From assembly GCA_964016885.1 (NCBI GenBank), contig OZ024743.1, forward strand, positions 338,396,001-338,460,000: a stretch of DNA of 64,000 bases, written 5' to 3'. This stretch comes from Eledone cirrhosa (Eukaryota). The notes beneath the pieces were generated by a model. The model did not search any database, had not been told where the DNA came from, and worked only from the letters and a program-made list of their open reading frames with translations. Both the position numbers and the translations under genes were made by a program. Positions 1-14,006 of the stretch are shown here, in pieces; positions within the stretch are counted from its first letter, which is position 1; every line of letters begins with the position of its first letter.

Positions 1-494
1 GATCCTGTATATTTTTAAGCCGTCTTCTTTTCACACCACAAACTATCATTTATATTCCATATGCTAGATATAATTAAATGTATGAACATTGTATTTTCTC
101 AAACTATTTAAAGTTCTCTTACTGTTTTTCAAAATTAAATTTTCAGATGGAAAATTCTATTTTTATTTTATAGTAAAAAAATTAATTCTAAAATAAGTTT
201 AAACTGTTCTATAGTTTAACCATTTCATTACCATATATCTAATGTCTATAATTTGAAAATATTCAAGAATTTGGAGAGATTTAATAACTATTTCTAATTT
301 TAGCATATGACTAGCAATTTGAAAGGAAGGAGAAAATCAATTAAATCAACCAGTACTTTATTTTATCAAATCAGTAAGGATGAAAGGCAAAGCTAAATAA
401 AGGCCCACAACTATAACAAACTTTCTCATTATTTATTTGGTGCTTGGAAGACAATATAACAAAAGTTTTTAGATAAATATAAACTGTATATTTT

Positions 495-609
495 AACCTT
501 CAACACGCTGTGGGCGACACATCGTGCCATATGAGTAGTTTCCCCTTAATAGATCATACAGTGTCAAGGGGAAACAACTCATAAAAATTGCTAGCATACT
601 AAAAGTTAA
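495..609. mobile_element. Small TTAA-flanked hairpin element (degenerate piggyBac-like MITE) nested in an older repeat
   Basis: TTAA on both sides; internal inverted repeat atgagtagtttcccctt / aaggggaaacaactcat; flanks resemble the uninterrupted sequence near 33418-33470. Confidence 0.45.
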
Positions 610-632
610 ATATACAGTTTTGTATCATAGAA

Positions 633-2262
633 CTAGATGAGATGCAATTTGGGTTTGTACCAGGAAAAGGCACCACTGATGCCCTCTTCCTTGTGAGGCA
701 GTTACAGGAAAAGTACCTAGTTAAAAGTAAGCTGCTCTACCTGGAAAAAGTCTTCGACAGAGTCCCCCGTGCTATAATCTGGTGGGCTCTTAGAAAATTA
801 GGAGTAGATGAATGGCTTGTGAAAGCTGTACAAGCCATGTATAGAGGGGCAGTCAGAAAAGTTAGAATTAGCAATGAATATAGCGAGGAATTTAGCATAC
901 AGCTCGGTGTCCACCAGGGCTCTGTTCTTAGCCCTCTCTTGTTCATTATAGTTTTGCAGGCAATAACGGAGGAGTTTAAGACCGGATGCCCATGGGAACT
1001 CCTGTATGCAAATGACCTCGCACTTATAGCTGAATCTATGGTGGAACTAGAGAAGAAATTCCAAACATGGAAGCAGGGACTAGAAAGAAAGGTTCTCAAA
1101 GTCAACCTGACAAAGACTAAGGTTATTATAAGTAGACAAGAAAACAGAACCCAGATTCCCTCAGGGAAATGGCCTTGCTCAGTATGTCGGAAAGGTTTAA
1201 GTAGGAACTCCATCCTCTGCCTCAAATGCAAACAATGGGTACACAAGAGATGTAGTGGGATCTCAGGAAGTTTAACTAAGAATGTAGGCTTCATATGTAG
1301 CAGCTGTGCTGGGACAGCAAGCAGCAAACGACCACAGGAAACAAGCACCACCAAATGCTGGGAGGGCTCTGTAGAAACAGTAGACAGCTTCTGCTACCTA
1401 GGTGACGGAATTAGCAGCAGAGGTGGGTGTTCGGAAAGTTCAATAACTAGGGTAAGAATGGGATGGAAGAAGTTCAGGGAGCTACTGCCACTGCTAGCTG
1501 CAAAAGGCTTTTCCCTCAAAATGAAAGGCAGACTGTATGATGCGTGTATACGAACACCAATGTTACATGGAAGTGAAACCTAGGCGCTGTCTGTAGAAGA
1601 CTTGCGCAGATTAGAAAGAAACAAAGCCTGCATGCTCCGATGGATGTGTAATAGTAATATACGCGAACAGCCAAGTATAAACGAATTGAGAGAGAGACTG
1701 AGCATCAGAGGAATCAAATACTGTTTGCAGAAGAGGAGGTTAGATTGGTATGGACATGTGATGCATATGAAGGATGACAGCTGCATAAAAAGGTGCAGAG
1801 TACTAGAAGTCGATGGAAGCCGCAGAGTGGGGAGACCCAAGAAGACCTGAGATGAGGTGATAAAGGCCGACCTTACCCAATTGCACCTCTCAAGAGCAAT
1901 GACACACGACCGTGACCACTGGCGTCATGTAGTAATACAGAAGACCCGACCCCCCACAGGAACAAGCCGAAGTTGAAGCATATAGACAATATGCCCCCAC
2001 ACCCTCCCACTGCAAAGTGGTCGTGGAGGTGCCACGGCAAAAAAAGCACCCAGCCCACACTGTAAAGTGGACATGTAGGCGCCACGAAAAAAAGCTCCCA
2101 GCACTCACTGTAAATGAGGTTGGTGTTAGGAAGGGCATCCAGCTGTAGAAATCAAGCCAGAATCAGTTTCCGTATGAGCAAGGTATGGTCAGCCGACCGA
2201 ACACTGCCCACAACAGGACAACCCGTCTAACCCATGCTAGTGTGGAAGAACGGATGTAAAAC

Positions 2263-2290
<28 letters not shown>
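633..2290 (+). mobile_element. 5'-truncated RTE-clade LINE (RT C-terminal half, PHD-type finger, 3'UTR, (GAT)n tail)
   Basis: ORF 642-1583 has QFGFVPGKGTTDA, GVHQGSVLSPLLF, LLYAND (YADD variant); frame continues after a stop to RRLDWYGHVMHM..GRPKKT; (GAT)n tail ~2262-2290. Confidence 0.93.
642..1850 (+). pseudogene. RTE reverse transcriptase remnant with in-frame stop and small deletion
   Basis: Stop at 1581-1583 replaces W of ETW; LAFVD lost relative to the copy at 20922. Confidence 0.88.
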
Positions 2291-2293
<3 letters not shown>

Positions 2294-2617
2294 CAGAGTT
2301 AGCTTCAGGCAGTTTATTATCAACAAAGTTAAAAGCTGCTATGGAAAAATTATTCTGGGTTGGGTGTTGCCATATAACATTTCATCCTTCACCTCCTTTT
2401 GTCCTCAAGATCACCCCTCTGTGAGATTTTCTCGAAGCAGGAAACAGAATGGTGAATCACCAGATCACTTAATCAGTTCTCTATCAGGCTATTGACACCA
2501 GTCATTGTGACACTGAAACAGTCAATCATACATACATACATACATATCCAATACATATTCAAGTTAAAACATCATCAACATCACTGTTTTTCATCTGATA
2601 ATATGTGCTTTTGAAAA

Positions 2618-2795
2618 TAATTGTTTCTACTTTAGGCACAAGGCCAGCAATTACCCAGTGCATTACTGGTACTTTATTTTATCGACCCCGTAAGGATGAA
2701 AGGCAAAGTCAACCTCGGCGGGATTTGAACTCAGATCGTAAAGGGACGTAACTATGCTGGAAAGCATGGCGTCCGACCCTCTACCGATACTGCCA
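2618..2795 (-). mobile_element. SINE family B copy
   Basis: Reverse complement of 41083-41270 (B-box GAGTTCAAATCC, core ttgactttgcctttcatccttacggggtcgataaaataaagtacc). Confidence 0.8.
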
Positions 2796-2871
2796 ATCCA
2801 ATGTCTATGAAACTGGCAATTTCTGATGACATTACTAACACCATGTATTAATATATATATATATATGTGTT

Positions 2872-2908
<37 letters not shown>

Positions 2909-3007
2909 TGAGAGAGAGAGAGATAAGTGTGTATGAGTGTATGTATATATATGTACATGTGTGTATGTGTGTGTGTGTATATATGTATATATATATATAT
3001 ATATATT

Positions 3008-3063
<56 letters not shown>

Positions 3064-3649
3064 TGTGTGTGTGTGTGAAATATATGTACAGAGATAGCTC
3101 GAGAAAGATGATGATACTCATCATAACAACCATGATCGCAGTGGGGGAGAGGTGTGGAATAGTGGCACATTAAACTAAATATATTGTAGTATTCAGATCC
3201 GGCTGTCTACATTCTAAATACAAGTCTCCTTAACACTGTCTTTGCTTTTACATCAGGGAATTCAATTGGATATGTACCAATCATATATTGGGGCTGATTC
3301 AAACAGCCATACATCTCACCAACAAATATGTGGTCTTGTGCCACTGTGAGGAATCATTATGAATATTTCTCCAGGCTGGTGGATTGCCAGAACCAGTAGA
3401 GAGCTAGGCAAAATGCCTTCCAGTATATATTTGTGTTCTTTTACTTCCTGTGTTCAAATCCTACCAAGGTCAACATGGCCTTCCAGCTTTCAAAGTTAAT
3501 AAAATATGACAGGAATCAAGTACAGGGATCGATGTAGACAATATCCAACTTCTAAATTCCAGAAGTGCTGTCTAACTACACATGCATTTTCCTCTTTCAT
3601 TCTTTTCTCCCATTTCTCTACCTTTCTATTTATTCTTTCTCTCATTCTA

Positions 3650-3686
3650 TATTTTGATGAAGGACTAATGTCTGAAACATTAAAGA
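3650..3686 (+). ncRNA. Degenerate PLE-type hammerhead ribozyme remnant
   Basis: TTGATGA-A-GGAC-TAAT-GTCT-GAAA-CAT-TA; C3 mutated without compensation, stem I weak. Confidence 0.45.
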
Positions 3687-6551
3687 TCTTTTCATATTAT
3701 ATCAATGTTAAACTAATATATATCATTATTGTAATGTGTTGTTCTCCTTGTTGACTTTTCTAAATTATAATCAACTTATTTTATCTTACTTCTGGGGATG
3801 ATAAAATAAGTACCAATCAAAACAGCCAGCTAGACCTACTCCTAAAATTGTACTTATGTTCGAAATCATTACTTTTAGGAATATAGAAGGACACAACTAA
3901 GTAAAGCAACAGGTCAGGCCTACTGAGGGAAATTGAAATCACATCTCTACTATTTATAAGGTGACAGTATTACCAACTATTCTATAGAGCACCTGCTTTT
4001 GTAGTTGTTGATGATGATGATGATGACAACGGTTTCTGATTTAGGCTCAAGGCCAGTAGTAATTTTGGGGGAGGGGAAGCCAATAAATCAACCCCGGTAC
4101 TTTATTGGTACTTTATTTTATCAATCTTAGAAGGATGAAAGACAAAATTGACCTCAGGTGGGTTTGAACTCAGAACACAAAAGGTTGTAACTAAAGCACT
4201 CCTATCTGACACTCCTATCTGACACTCCTATCATTCTACTAATGCATTACCTTCAACTGATTAGAATAATAATAATTTCTAATTTAGACACAAGGCCAGC
4301 AATTTGAAGGTAGAGGAAAGTCGATTACATCGACCCTTGTATGTGACTTGTACTTTATTTCATCGATCCTTCTATAATAATAATAATATAATAATAATAT
4401 CTGATTAAGACACAAGGCCAACAATTAAATCGACCCTGGTGCATTACTGGTACTTTAGCTTCTCAAACCAGTAAGGATGAAAAGCAAAGCTAACCTTGGT
4501 GGGTTAGCTTTTCCAAGTTCAAATCCTGTCAAACTTGACACTGGTTTTAATCCTTGCAGGGTCAATAATATAAGGTACCAGTCATAAACTGGGGTTTATT
4601 TAATCGAGGCCTTGTTCTTATTTTAAATGTCATTATTTTGATACCAACCCATCCAAAACTAGCTCTGGTTCTATGAAACAAAACCACCCATTTTAAAGGG
4701 TTCCTATTTAAATTTTTATAGGAGAAACATATGTTTGCTATCTTAGCAATGAAATAATTAATAATTTTAGTAAATCCCTCAAAATTTTTCATGGACTCTT
4801 ATAATACTAGCCCAGCCAAAATAAGCTCTGATTCTATGAAACAAAACCCCGCTTTATGAAAAGGTTCTTATTTAAACTAAAATCTTCCAACTTAAGTTTA
4901 TATAAGAACCATATGTTATATTGCTATCTTAGTAATTAAATGATTAATAATTTTAGCAAATCTCTTGAAATTCTTCATTAATTAATTGAAATCAAATGTA
5001 TTTCATTAGAATACACCCCCAAAAGGGGATTAGTATCATAAAAATTAGATACAATTAGTATCAAGCTTCTTGGTAGAGTATCATAGTTGTGTGATAATAA
5101 GTTGTAAAACAGTCTATGGTCTGGTTTCAGTCCTCAGTGGGAACCACTTCACTTCATGTACATCACTAATGAACCTTAGAAATACATGAATGTCACTACT
5201 TCCAGGTGAATTCCAACTGCACCGTAGTCAGGATCCCCACAATATATAAATGGTCCCAAATTAATTTTTTGGTTACCATAAATAATTCTTTCTAATATTG
5301 ACCCAAAGCCAACAATTTGAGGGAAACAAGAGTCAAATATATGGACCCCAGTACTTAACTGGTACTCCATTTTATCAACCCCAGAAAGATAAAAGGCAAA
5401 GTTGACCTTGGCAGGATTTGAACTCAGAATGTTGAAAGTTATAACTAAATACCAAAAGCATTGTGTCTGACACTCTACCAATACTGCCTAATGAAATATT
5501 TAGTCAGGGGCCACACACAAGCTTAGTCAGCCCATGACCATCACCACCAAAAATGTAAGAAAGAGTTCATTGTTATCTTTACAGTAAAATAAACAAAGAT
5601 TACTTGAAATTTTCATTCCACATTTACATACATATATACACATGCACACACATAAACATACATACAGCTACACAAATACACTTACATACACATGTACACA
5701 AATGTACATGTGAGACTGTACTAGGAAATATGCATGTGCATGCATGCATGTAGTAATTAAGTGCATATGAAATATATTGCACTTGAGCATGCAGAATAAA
5801 TCAACTTATGATAAAACTGAATAAACAATGTTTGAGTAGAAAAAGTTATTATAAAGAGGAGAGGGAGTAGGCTGGGCTGAGTTTAGTGGTGAGGTTAGCC
5901 GTGCTAGAAGTGGTGGTAATGGTAGTTTTAGTACTGATGGTTAGTGAGATGGTGTACTGAAGTCATGCAGACCAAGCAGGCACTGACTGGTCTAATATAC
6001 GTGTACTTGAACCAGTGTTCACCTGGGATAGGTTGAACTGGCTCTAATCAGTGAATCTACCGTATCATCAACAGATGCTTGATCATGATTGGAGATGAGA
6101 GGTATTCGATATGGAGATTGTCAAAATTAGAAAAAAACTAGTATCAATTGAAATACCAAAAGCAGAGGACATATATGCAAGGACCCAAGATCAATATATC
6201 TGCAAGGACTAGAGCTGGTGCATCTAGATGTGGCATCTTCAGAGCTGAGATCTGATTTGATTGGATGGTGGCTCTAAGGTTTAATATAGCCAGATCTGAG
6301 ATCTGGTTTGGTATCACCAGAGCTGAGATTAGTTCTAGGGTTTATCACCAGAGCTGAGATCTAAGATCTCATATATACACACATGAACTGTACACACATG
6401 CACATGCGAGACTGCATGTGCATGCATGTAGTAATTAAGTGCATATGGAATACATTGCACTTGTAGAATTTAAGTGCAAGTGAATGAGAATTCCACAGAC
6501 ACATGTACCCTTAACGTAAGTGACATGGCTGGAGAACACAGAAATCATAAG

Positions 6552-6790
6552 CCACACACTCTAACCATTAAACCACACATCCTAACTGTGAAGCCACACA
6601 CTCTAACCACTAAGCCACCCTAACCACTACGCCACACACGCTAACCACTAAGCCACCCTAACCACTATGCCATACACCCTAACTAATAAGCCACACTATC
6701 TAACCACTACGCCACACACTCTAACCACTAAGCCACACACCCTAACCACTATGTCATACACCCTAACCACTAAGCCACCCTAACACACCC
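6552..6790 (-). repeat. Minisatellite (~17-21 bp units) derived from the SINE A-box head
   Basis: Units ctaaccactaagccacacac are the reverse complement of gtggcttagtggttag in SINE family A. Confidence 0.7.
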
Positions 6791-6839
6791 TCAGATTATT
6801 CTGATGTAAGATTAAGTGTTCCAGCCATGGTTAGTGAGA

Positions 6840-7700
6840 TGGTATGCTGGGTGGTGCTGTAGTGAGAGTGGTGCAGATAGAGATGGGGTGTGCAGTAAAG
6901 TGCATAGTGAGGTAGTGGTGGTGGTAGTGATGGTTGTGATGGTGGTGGTGGTGGTGATGATGTTGCAATAAAAATGGTGGTGGTGGTGGTGCAATATAAG
7001 TGTGTGGTGTGGTGTGTAGTCATGGTGATGGTGGTAGTGCTATATAAGGGTTTGGTGCGGTGTGTAGTAGTGACGATGGTGGTGAGTGGTGATAGTGATG
7101 GCAGTAAGGTGAAGGTGGTGGTGCAATATAAGAGTGTGTAGTGGTGGTGGGTGGAGGTAGTGATGGTGGTGATGGTATGTGGTGAGATGTGAGGAGCGGA
7201 GCATCATTGTGTGTAGTGAAGATACATGACAGTAGTAGTGGTGGTAGTAGTAGTAGTGGTGGAGGTAGTAGTAGCAGTAGTAGTGTATAAGTGATGGTGG
7301 CTGGGGTGTATGGTAGGTGGCGGTGATGGCATATAAGTGGTAGTCGTAGCGGTAGTCATAGTGATGATGGTGGTGACATTTCATAGATGATAGTGATGAT
7401 GATGATGATGATGTGATTCTGGTGGTATATGATGGTGGTGGTGACATATTGTAGGAGATGGTGGCAGTGATGGTTTGGTGGTGGTGTGATGAGGATGGAG
7501 TGATGTGATGATGGCCTGATGGTGGTGGTGTGATGTCTGTGGTAAGGTGATGGTGGTGGTAGTGATGTGATGGTGGTGGGGTGAAGGTGGTAGTGATGTG
7601 ATGGTGTAATGAGGATGGTGTGGTGGTGATGTGATGGTGGTGGTGGTGGTGTGATGGTAGTGGTGTGATGGTGGTGGTGGTGGTGTATGATAGGTGAAGA
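6840..7700. repeat. (GGT/GAT/AGT)n low-complexity tract
   Basis: Direct reading; gives spurious His/Pro/Thr ORFs. Confidence 0.9.
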
Positions 7701-7951
7701 ATCTTGGCAAGAAGGTGGCAGTGAGTGGTATCTACAGTTATTCTCTACTCTATCTTGGCAACTATCATACAATAACATACACAGAACATTCAAATACAAA
7801 TAACTTTCTCTCTCTCCCACTGCCTCCCCCCACTCTCTCTCACTCTCTGTATTTTGTTCATTTGTCCCATGTGTTTCATCTCTCCATGTGCAAATCTGCT
7901 ATTTATTACTACTGTAATGTTATACCCTCCATCTTTAATATATATATATAT

Positions 7952-8288
7952 ATCATCATCATTTCATTTTACGTCCGCTTTTTCCTTGCTTGCAAGGGTG
8001 GGACGGGAACTGATTCTGGTTTGATTTTTACAGCTGGATGCCCTTCCTAACACCAACCTCATTTACAGTGAGTGCTGGGTGCTTTTTTGCCGTGGCACCT
8101 GCACGACCACTTTGCAGTGGAATGATAGGGACCCCAATCCCTATCATCTCATTTCTACAGCTGAGTAAACTGGAGCAATGTGAAATAAAGTGTCTTGCTC
8201 AAGGAAACAACACATCACCCGATCTGAGAATTGAACTCACAACCTTTCGATTGCAAGGCCAATGCTCTAGCCACTAAGCCATGTGCCT
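7952..8288 (-). mobile_element. SINE family A (tRNA head, RTE-derived tail)
   Basis: Reverse complement of 22694-23026. Confidence 0.85.
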
Positions 8289-8404
8289 CTACAAGTCTTG
8301 CTTACATATGTTCCTGTGCTCTACCGAGTGCATTTTATTATGCCACCAGCACTAGGAAGTTTGTCTTGTCATGTCATATATACATATATATATATATATA
8401 TTAC

Positions 8405-8725
8405 TTACTGGCACTCTGTCGGTTGCAACAAGTGTTTTAGTTGATACGATCAATGGAACAGCCTTCTCGTGAAATTAAAGTGCAAGTGGATGAGCATTCC
8501 ACAGACATGCATATCCTTAACGTAGTTCTCAGGGAGATTCAGTGTGATGCAGAATGTGACAAGATTGGCCTTTCGAATTATAGGTACAACTCATTTTTGC
8601 CAGCTGAGTGGACTGGAGCAACATAAAATAAAGTTTCTTGTTCAAGGACACAATGCACCATTGTGAATCAAACTCAAGACTTTGAGATCATGATTAGAAT
8701 ACTCTAACCACTAAGCCACATGCCT
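8405..8725 (-). mobile_element. SINE with family A-like tRNA head and a different 3' body
   Basis: Minus strand gcatgtggcttagtggttagagt...gtccttgaacaagaaactttatt, then divergent body. Confidence 0.6.
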
Positions 8726-8879
8726 TTACATGCACAGAGATAAGGTATTACAAACTACTAGTGCTGGTGCCATGATAAAATACACTCAATAGAGTGTGGG
8801 AACATGTATATTCAGCTTCTTGGCTTCATCCATCTCTAACTATTCCCATGTCTTCCTGGAGTTCTTTCTTCTGGTTTCC

Positions 8880-9091
8880 TTTTAGATGCATCTATTGGCT
8901 CTTTGTTACAAAACTATCACTATCCATGCTTACAAAATCAGAAAACAGCACAGCTCCTATGACATTTTTTTCATGTTCAGATTTGCTGAAGCATGGAACA
9001 AACTACCTACATCAATTGTTAGCTGCTGGGACATCCTTCAAAACTTCCATGCTTCCAGAAATTTGCCAACACGACACCTGATATTCCTCCT

Positions 9092-9125
<34 letters not shown>

Positions 9126-9255
9126 ATATGTGTGTATATCATGACTCATTCACTGTTCACTTTCCTGACATTCGTACATTATTCTATGTACTATGCATGC
9201 ACCTTTGATGAGTTGTAGTGCACCTGAGTACTGTACACAATAATTTTCATTATCA
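8880..9255 (+). mobile_element. 3' fragment of the CR1-type LINE seen at 28291
   Basis: HAYKIRKQHSS..FRFAEAWNKLP and 3'UTR (gagttgtagtgcacctgag) match 29040-29350. Confidence 0.85.
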
Positions 9256-10111
9256 TATCATATGCATTACATGTCTGTACCAGAATAGCCTTGTCCTTGT
9301 ACATCTACTTCCTATTATACACAGGTTTTCTCTTAGTACATTTGTACCCCCTTGTTCATGCATATTAACAGTACATATTCAACAACCTTTTTGTACGTCT
9401 CACTTCTTTCAAGTTAATCTTGGCAAGATTTGAACTCAGAATGTTGAGAGCCAGAACAAATACTGTGAAGCATTTCCTCTGATGCTCTACCAATTCATCT
9501 GCTTATAATAATAGATGTTTCATTCTAGTTTGAGGAATGTATAGATGAATACTAGCTAAATCCAAGGAAATTTCATGGCTCCATAACAACCTAGTGTAGT
9601 TTAAAATAAATATTTCACTAATGGAAGATATTCAAATATATTTTTTTTCATTTCTCTCAATTTTCTATAATTAAGTCATAATTCTATTGAATAGTACAGA
9701 ATTACGGTTTAACTTTCATTTGAAACATAGAAACACATTCACTTAACTAAAATACCTTCACATAAATACTCACACGTAGACACATTCATTTAAATAAAAT
9801 ACCTTCACGTAAACACTCACACATAGACACAGGCACAACTGTAACAAACCTCCACCATCAATCAATTAATTTTCCATTAAAGCCAGTCACCACTTTAATA
9901 ACTACTGCAATTCTCATTATATTGTGTATTTATGTGTGTACGTATGTACGTGTGTTGTAGTTTAGCCCTCAGGTCAGCTCTGATTGAACAGATGATCATC
10001 CTTTTACTACAACAACTTTTCTATCATAGCATGGGTTGGATGAGACTTTCTGATGCAATGTTTTACAGCCAGATTTACAGCCCTTTTTTTATTTGCTTCA
10101 TCAGACATGCA

Positions 10112-10481
10112 GGGATCTGATATACCTATTCTACACTAGACATACCTACTGATCTGACATACCTATTCTAAAATAGATACACCTACGGATCTGATATACC
10201 TATTCTAAACTAGATAAAACTACGGATCTGATATACTTATTCTAAAATAAATACAACTACGGATCTGATATACCTATTCTAAAATAGATATACCCAGGGA
10301 TCTGATATACCTATTCTAAACTAGATACAACTACGGATCTGATATACCTATTCTAAAATAGATATACCCAGGGATCTGATATACCTATTCTACACTAGAT
10401 ACAACTACGGATCTGATATACCTATTCTAAAATAGATATACCCAGGGATCTGATATACCTATTCTACACTAGATACACCCA
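10112..10481 (+). repeat. 37-bp minisatellite, about 10 copies
   Basis: Unit ggatctgatatacctattctaaaatagatacaactac; starts at 10261, 10298, 10335. Confidence 0.92.
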
Positions 10482-10759
10482 GAAATTTATTTCCTGAGTG
10501 GGAGATGGGTTGCTCCTAACTCTTCACCTTGTTCTAAACCTCAGCACAATATCAAGGGTCCCCATATAGTGACCATATCAGATATCTAACTAAGAACAGA
10601 TACTACACTGATCTCAGTCAAAAGGCCAAAGGGACATATTTGAGCATTCCATCTTAGTTATCACTTTCCTTTTGACTAATACTCTCTCTAGGCATTAATT
10701 TGTTGCGCATTCTAGCAAAATTTAATCTTTCTTATTCCATGTGTCCTAACGTTTTTTGA

Positions 10760-11215
10760 AACAAGGTATGGGCATATGGTTAGAATGTCTCAGGAAATAA
10801 TCGCTAGACAGATTTGTAGTTCAGAGAGTCACTCCAGTACTACTGACATGTGGTTAGAATGTCTCAGGAAAGAATCGCTGGACAGATTTTATGGGCAAAA
10901 TCAACCAGCAGGAAACCCAGGGGTAAATCCCAAGCAAGATGAACATGTGGTCAGAATGTCTCAGGAAAGAATCAGTGGACAGATTTTATGGACAAAATCA
11001 ACCAGCAGGAAACCGAGAGGCAAATCCCAAGCAAGACGGTTGGATAACATTCATGAGTTCAGTTGGTCTTGCTTGGGGATCCAGCCAGATCAGTTGGAAA
11101 CAGTTGCTTTTGACAGGGCCCACTGGAAGGATGTTTGAGGACTCTGCCCCCACAACCCTCTCAGGAATAAGAAGATGAAGGAGGAAAAAGAGGAAGAGAA
11201 GACAAAGAAAGACGA
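10760..11215 (+). mobile_element. 3' end of a second RTE-like LINE family with internal tandem duplications and (AAG)-rich tail
   Basis: GHMVRMSQE...RKPRGKSQARRLDNI...VAFDRAHWK resembles the RTE C-terminus (GHV.RM..R.RGRP..W.D..DR..W); ~97-bp segment repeated. Confidence 0.7.
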
Positions 11216-12439
11216 AGAAGATATGATTTGAGGGTGACTTGACTGCTATTTCTGATAGATCAAGTTACTGTATAAAGCAGAAGTTTCCAAGCTATGTGTG
11301 TATTGCTGATAATCTCTAGGTTTGTCGCACAATTAAGTCAAATCAGATAATGTTTTTACGCATATTTGGCTGTGGAGTATAATTTTGAAGATGAGACGAC
11401 TCTACATACAATCAGACTCATGCCAAGTGATGCTTGATATGATATTTAACTCTTTTGCTACCAAAATCCTAGTGAAAGACGCTACTTATGATTTTCAAAT
11501 ATTTTTGAAAATAACCAAGAATTCCAAGAGATTTAGTAATATAATTGACTACCTCATTATTAAGCTGATGTTTGGAACATAACTTAACAAATGTTTTTAC
11601 ATAAAATTGCCTATAATTTTCAAAAGATTTTCAAAGTAATCAAGAATTTGAAGACCTTTATTAATATGGTTTCTAGTTTAGGCACAAGGCCAGCAGTTTT
11701 GGAGTAAGGGCAAATTGACTATATGGACCCCAGTACTTCATTAGTACTCTATTCTATCAACCCAGAAAGATGAAACAAAGTTGACCGTAGCAAGATTTCA
11801 ACTAAGAGCACAGACAGCTAGAAAGAATACTGCAAAGCATTCTATCTGACATACTAACAACTCTGCCAACCCACCACCCAAGAGATCTAGAAATATAACT
11901 AACTGACCTCCTTATTATGAAGCTGGTATTTGGAACATAACTTAACAAAGGTTGTTACATAAAATTGCCTATAATTTTAAAATAGTTTTGAAAATAATCA
12001 AGAATTTGAAGAGATTTAGTAACATGACTAACTGACTATCTCATTATTAAGCTGGCCTTTGGAACATAACTTAAAGGTTCTAACAAAATTGTGATGGAAA
12101 GTATTTTTTTTTTTTTTTTTTTTTAAATCAACCATCTGGCCCCTGGGTGCTTTTAGCAAAGTCCACTCTGTTGCCAACATTTTTGGCCAAATCTCTGGTG
12201 TGATCAGAACTTGATTATCATCATCATCATCATCACCATTTAAAGTCCATTTTTCCCCACTAGCAAGAGTTAGACAAATTGTCCTGTTGTGAGAAATGCC
12301 AGGTCAGGTGACCATGTCTTGCTCATACAGAACTGATTTAGGCTTGGTTTCTACAGCTGGATACCCTTCCTAATGCCAACAACATTTACAGTGTATGTAT
12401 GTATGTTTGTGTATATCTAGGATATGTAAAATGGTCTCC

Positions 12440-13604
12440 TTGTCCCTCTTAATCTTTACCCACCCACCCCTATATCGTATACGCGCCTGCTGGTTCACCC
12501 TTTCAATCACTCCCTTCTCTCACCAAATAAACCTGTTACGAGGTACGAATCTCAGAATTTGTCAACGCTTATTAATGGTCAGACCTGCTCACTCTCCTCC
12601 GAAATGTAATGTAAAATGCCATTTTTTCTTGTCTCTCCAGCCTCTCGGTCCATTCATTCATCTATCCGTATCATCGCCCAGAATCCAATCTTTTGCTCTT
12701 CCTCAATGCTATTCTATAATTCTGTCTGGTTGTTCTAAATAATCTTCTTGTATTTTAAAATCCCATTATTCGCTTATTACTGTTATATGCTTGTCCAATT
12801 ATGCCCAAAATTCGAAGATTTTATTTAAACCCTCTTGCTAACTACCCCATACCCCTCCCAACTCTCTACCATTATTATTAGGACCAATCATTAGTCAGCG
12901 GCCTATGCCATCACTTCTCCTGGTTGCTTTTCGATATGATGGATGGACTAAGGAATTCTGGAGAGTCTGAAAAATCTGGACAATCAGTGACAATGCCAAA
13001 GATAAAGACAAATTCACCTCATGCTTCCGGACGAAAAGGCAAGGACTCTTCTTTGTTTCGGCCGCGGATAGCCAACATAACCGCAACCCCATCCCACCAA
13101 ACCAAACGCAATCCAAAACTTCAGAATGTAGGCACCTTAAAAGGTCGCTCTAATGAGGTTGTAGAAATGTGAAGAGGTTGATGTTTGTTGTATCCGAGAG
13201 ACCAGGTGGAGGGGTGGGTCTGCTAGATTCATTGTGGGTAAAAAAACGATGCTATAAGCTTTTCTGGGTGGGAAATGACAATGGGTTGGTTGGCGTAGGA
13301 ATCATGTTAGCAGAAAAATGGGTAGATAACATAATAGACGTAAATAGAGTGAACGACAGAATAATTAAAATAAGACTTGTCCTAAATAGAACTACTGTGA
13401 CAGTAATATCTGCGTATGCACCCCAATCCGGACTGCCTGGCGCTATAAAAGGCAGATTCTATGAGACATTGATGTTCACTACCTCCCAAATAACCGACAG
13501 TGACTACATAATTATTGCTGGCGACCTAAATGGTCCCGTTGGACAACATTGTGACGGCTATAACGGAATCCATGGAGGCTATGGGTTTGGTATTAGAAAT
13601 GAGG
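12440..13604 (+). mobile_element. 5' portion (5'UTR plus APE endonuclease start) of the RTE element, 3'-truncated
   Basis: Near-identical to 18525-19710; NVGTLKGRSNEVVEM, VISAYAPQ, IIAGDLNG; stops at GIRNEE. Confidence 0.9.
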
Positions 13605-14006
13605 AAATAAAAAAATAAAAAAATACATATATAAACACACATCAACACAGTATTAAACCCGCAGAATTAGCGTGGGTGGGTACACACACCGAAGCGATAT
13701 CCGAGAAAAAGCACATATATGAATGTACCAATACAGCAATCACCGAAATGTTAGTTCGCAAAGTAACAGAAGCTATGTCGGTCAAATCTCAATTTGACGA
13801 TGTAAATCGGAAATATTGGGTTAACCAACGCTACACACACACACACAAACATACACACACGCGCGTGCGCACCAGTAAGTTCAGTTCAGTGTTCTGCTGT
13901 ACGTGTACAGATCCAATTGTAACATGTACCCACCCACGCTAATTCTGCGGGTTTAATACTGTGTTGATGTGTGTTTATATATGTATTTTTATTTTTATTT
14001 TTATTT
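13605..14006. repeat. ~80-bp near-perfect inverted repeat around a ~240-bp spacer
   Basis: Left arm 13605-13684 is the reverse complement of 13925-14006. Confidence 0.9.

Noticed and set aside
737-1354. Antisense ORFs over LINE RT regions (also 19833-21963, 50486-52377)
   Set aside because: Shadow frames of retroelement coding sequence
6600-6790. Interstitial telomere
   Set aside because: CCCTAA occurs only singly within SINE-derived units
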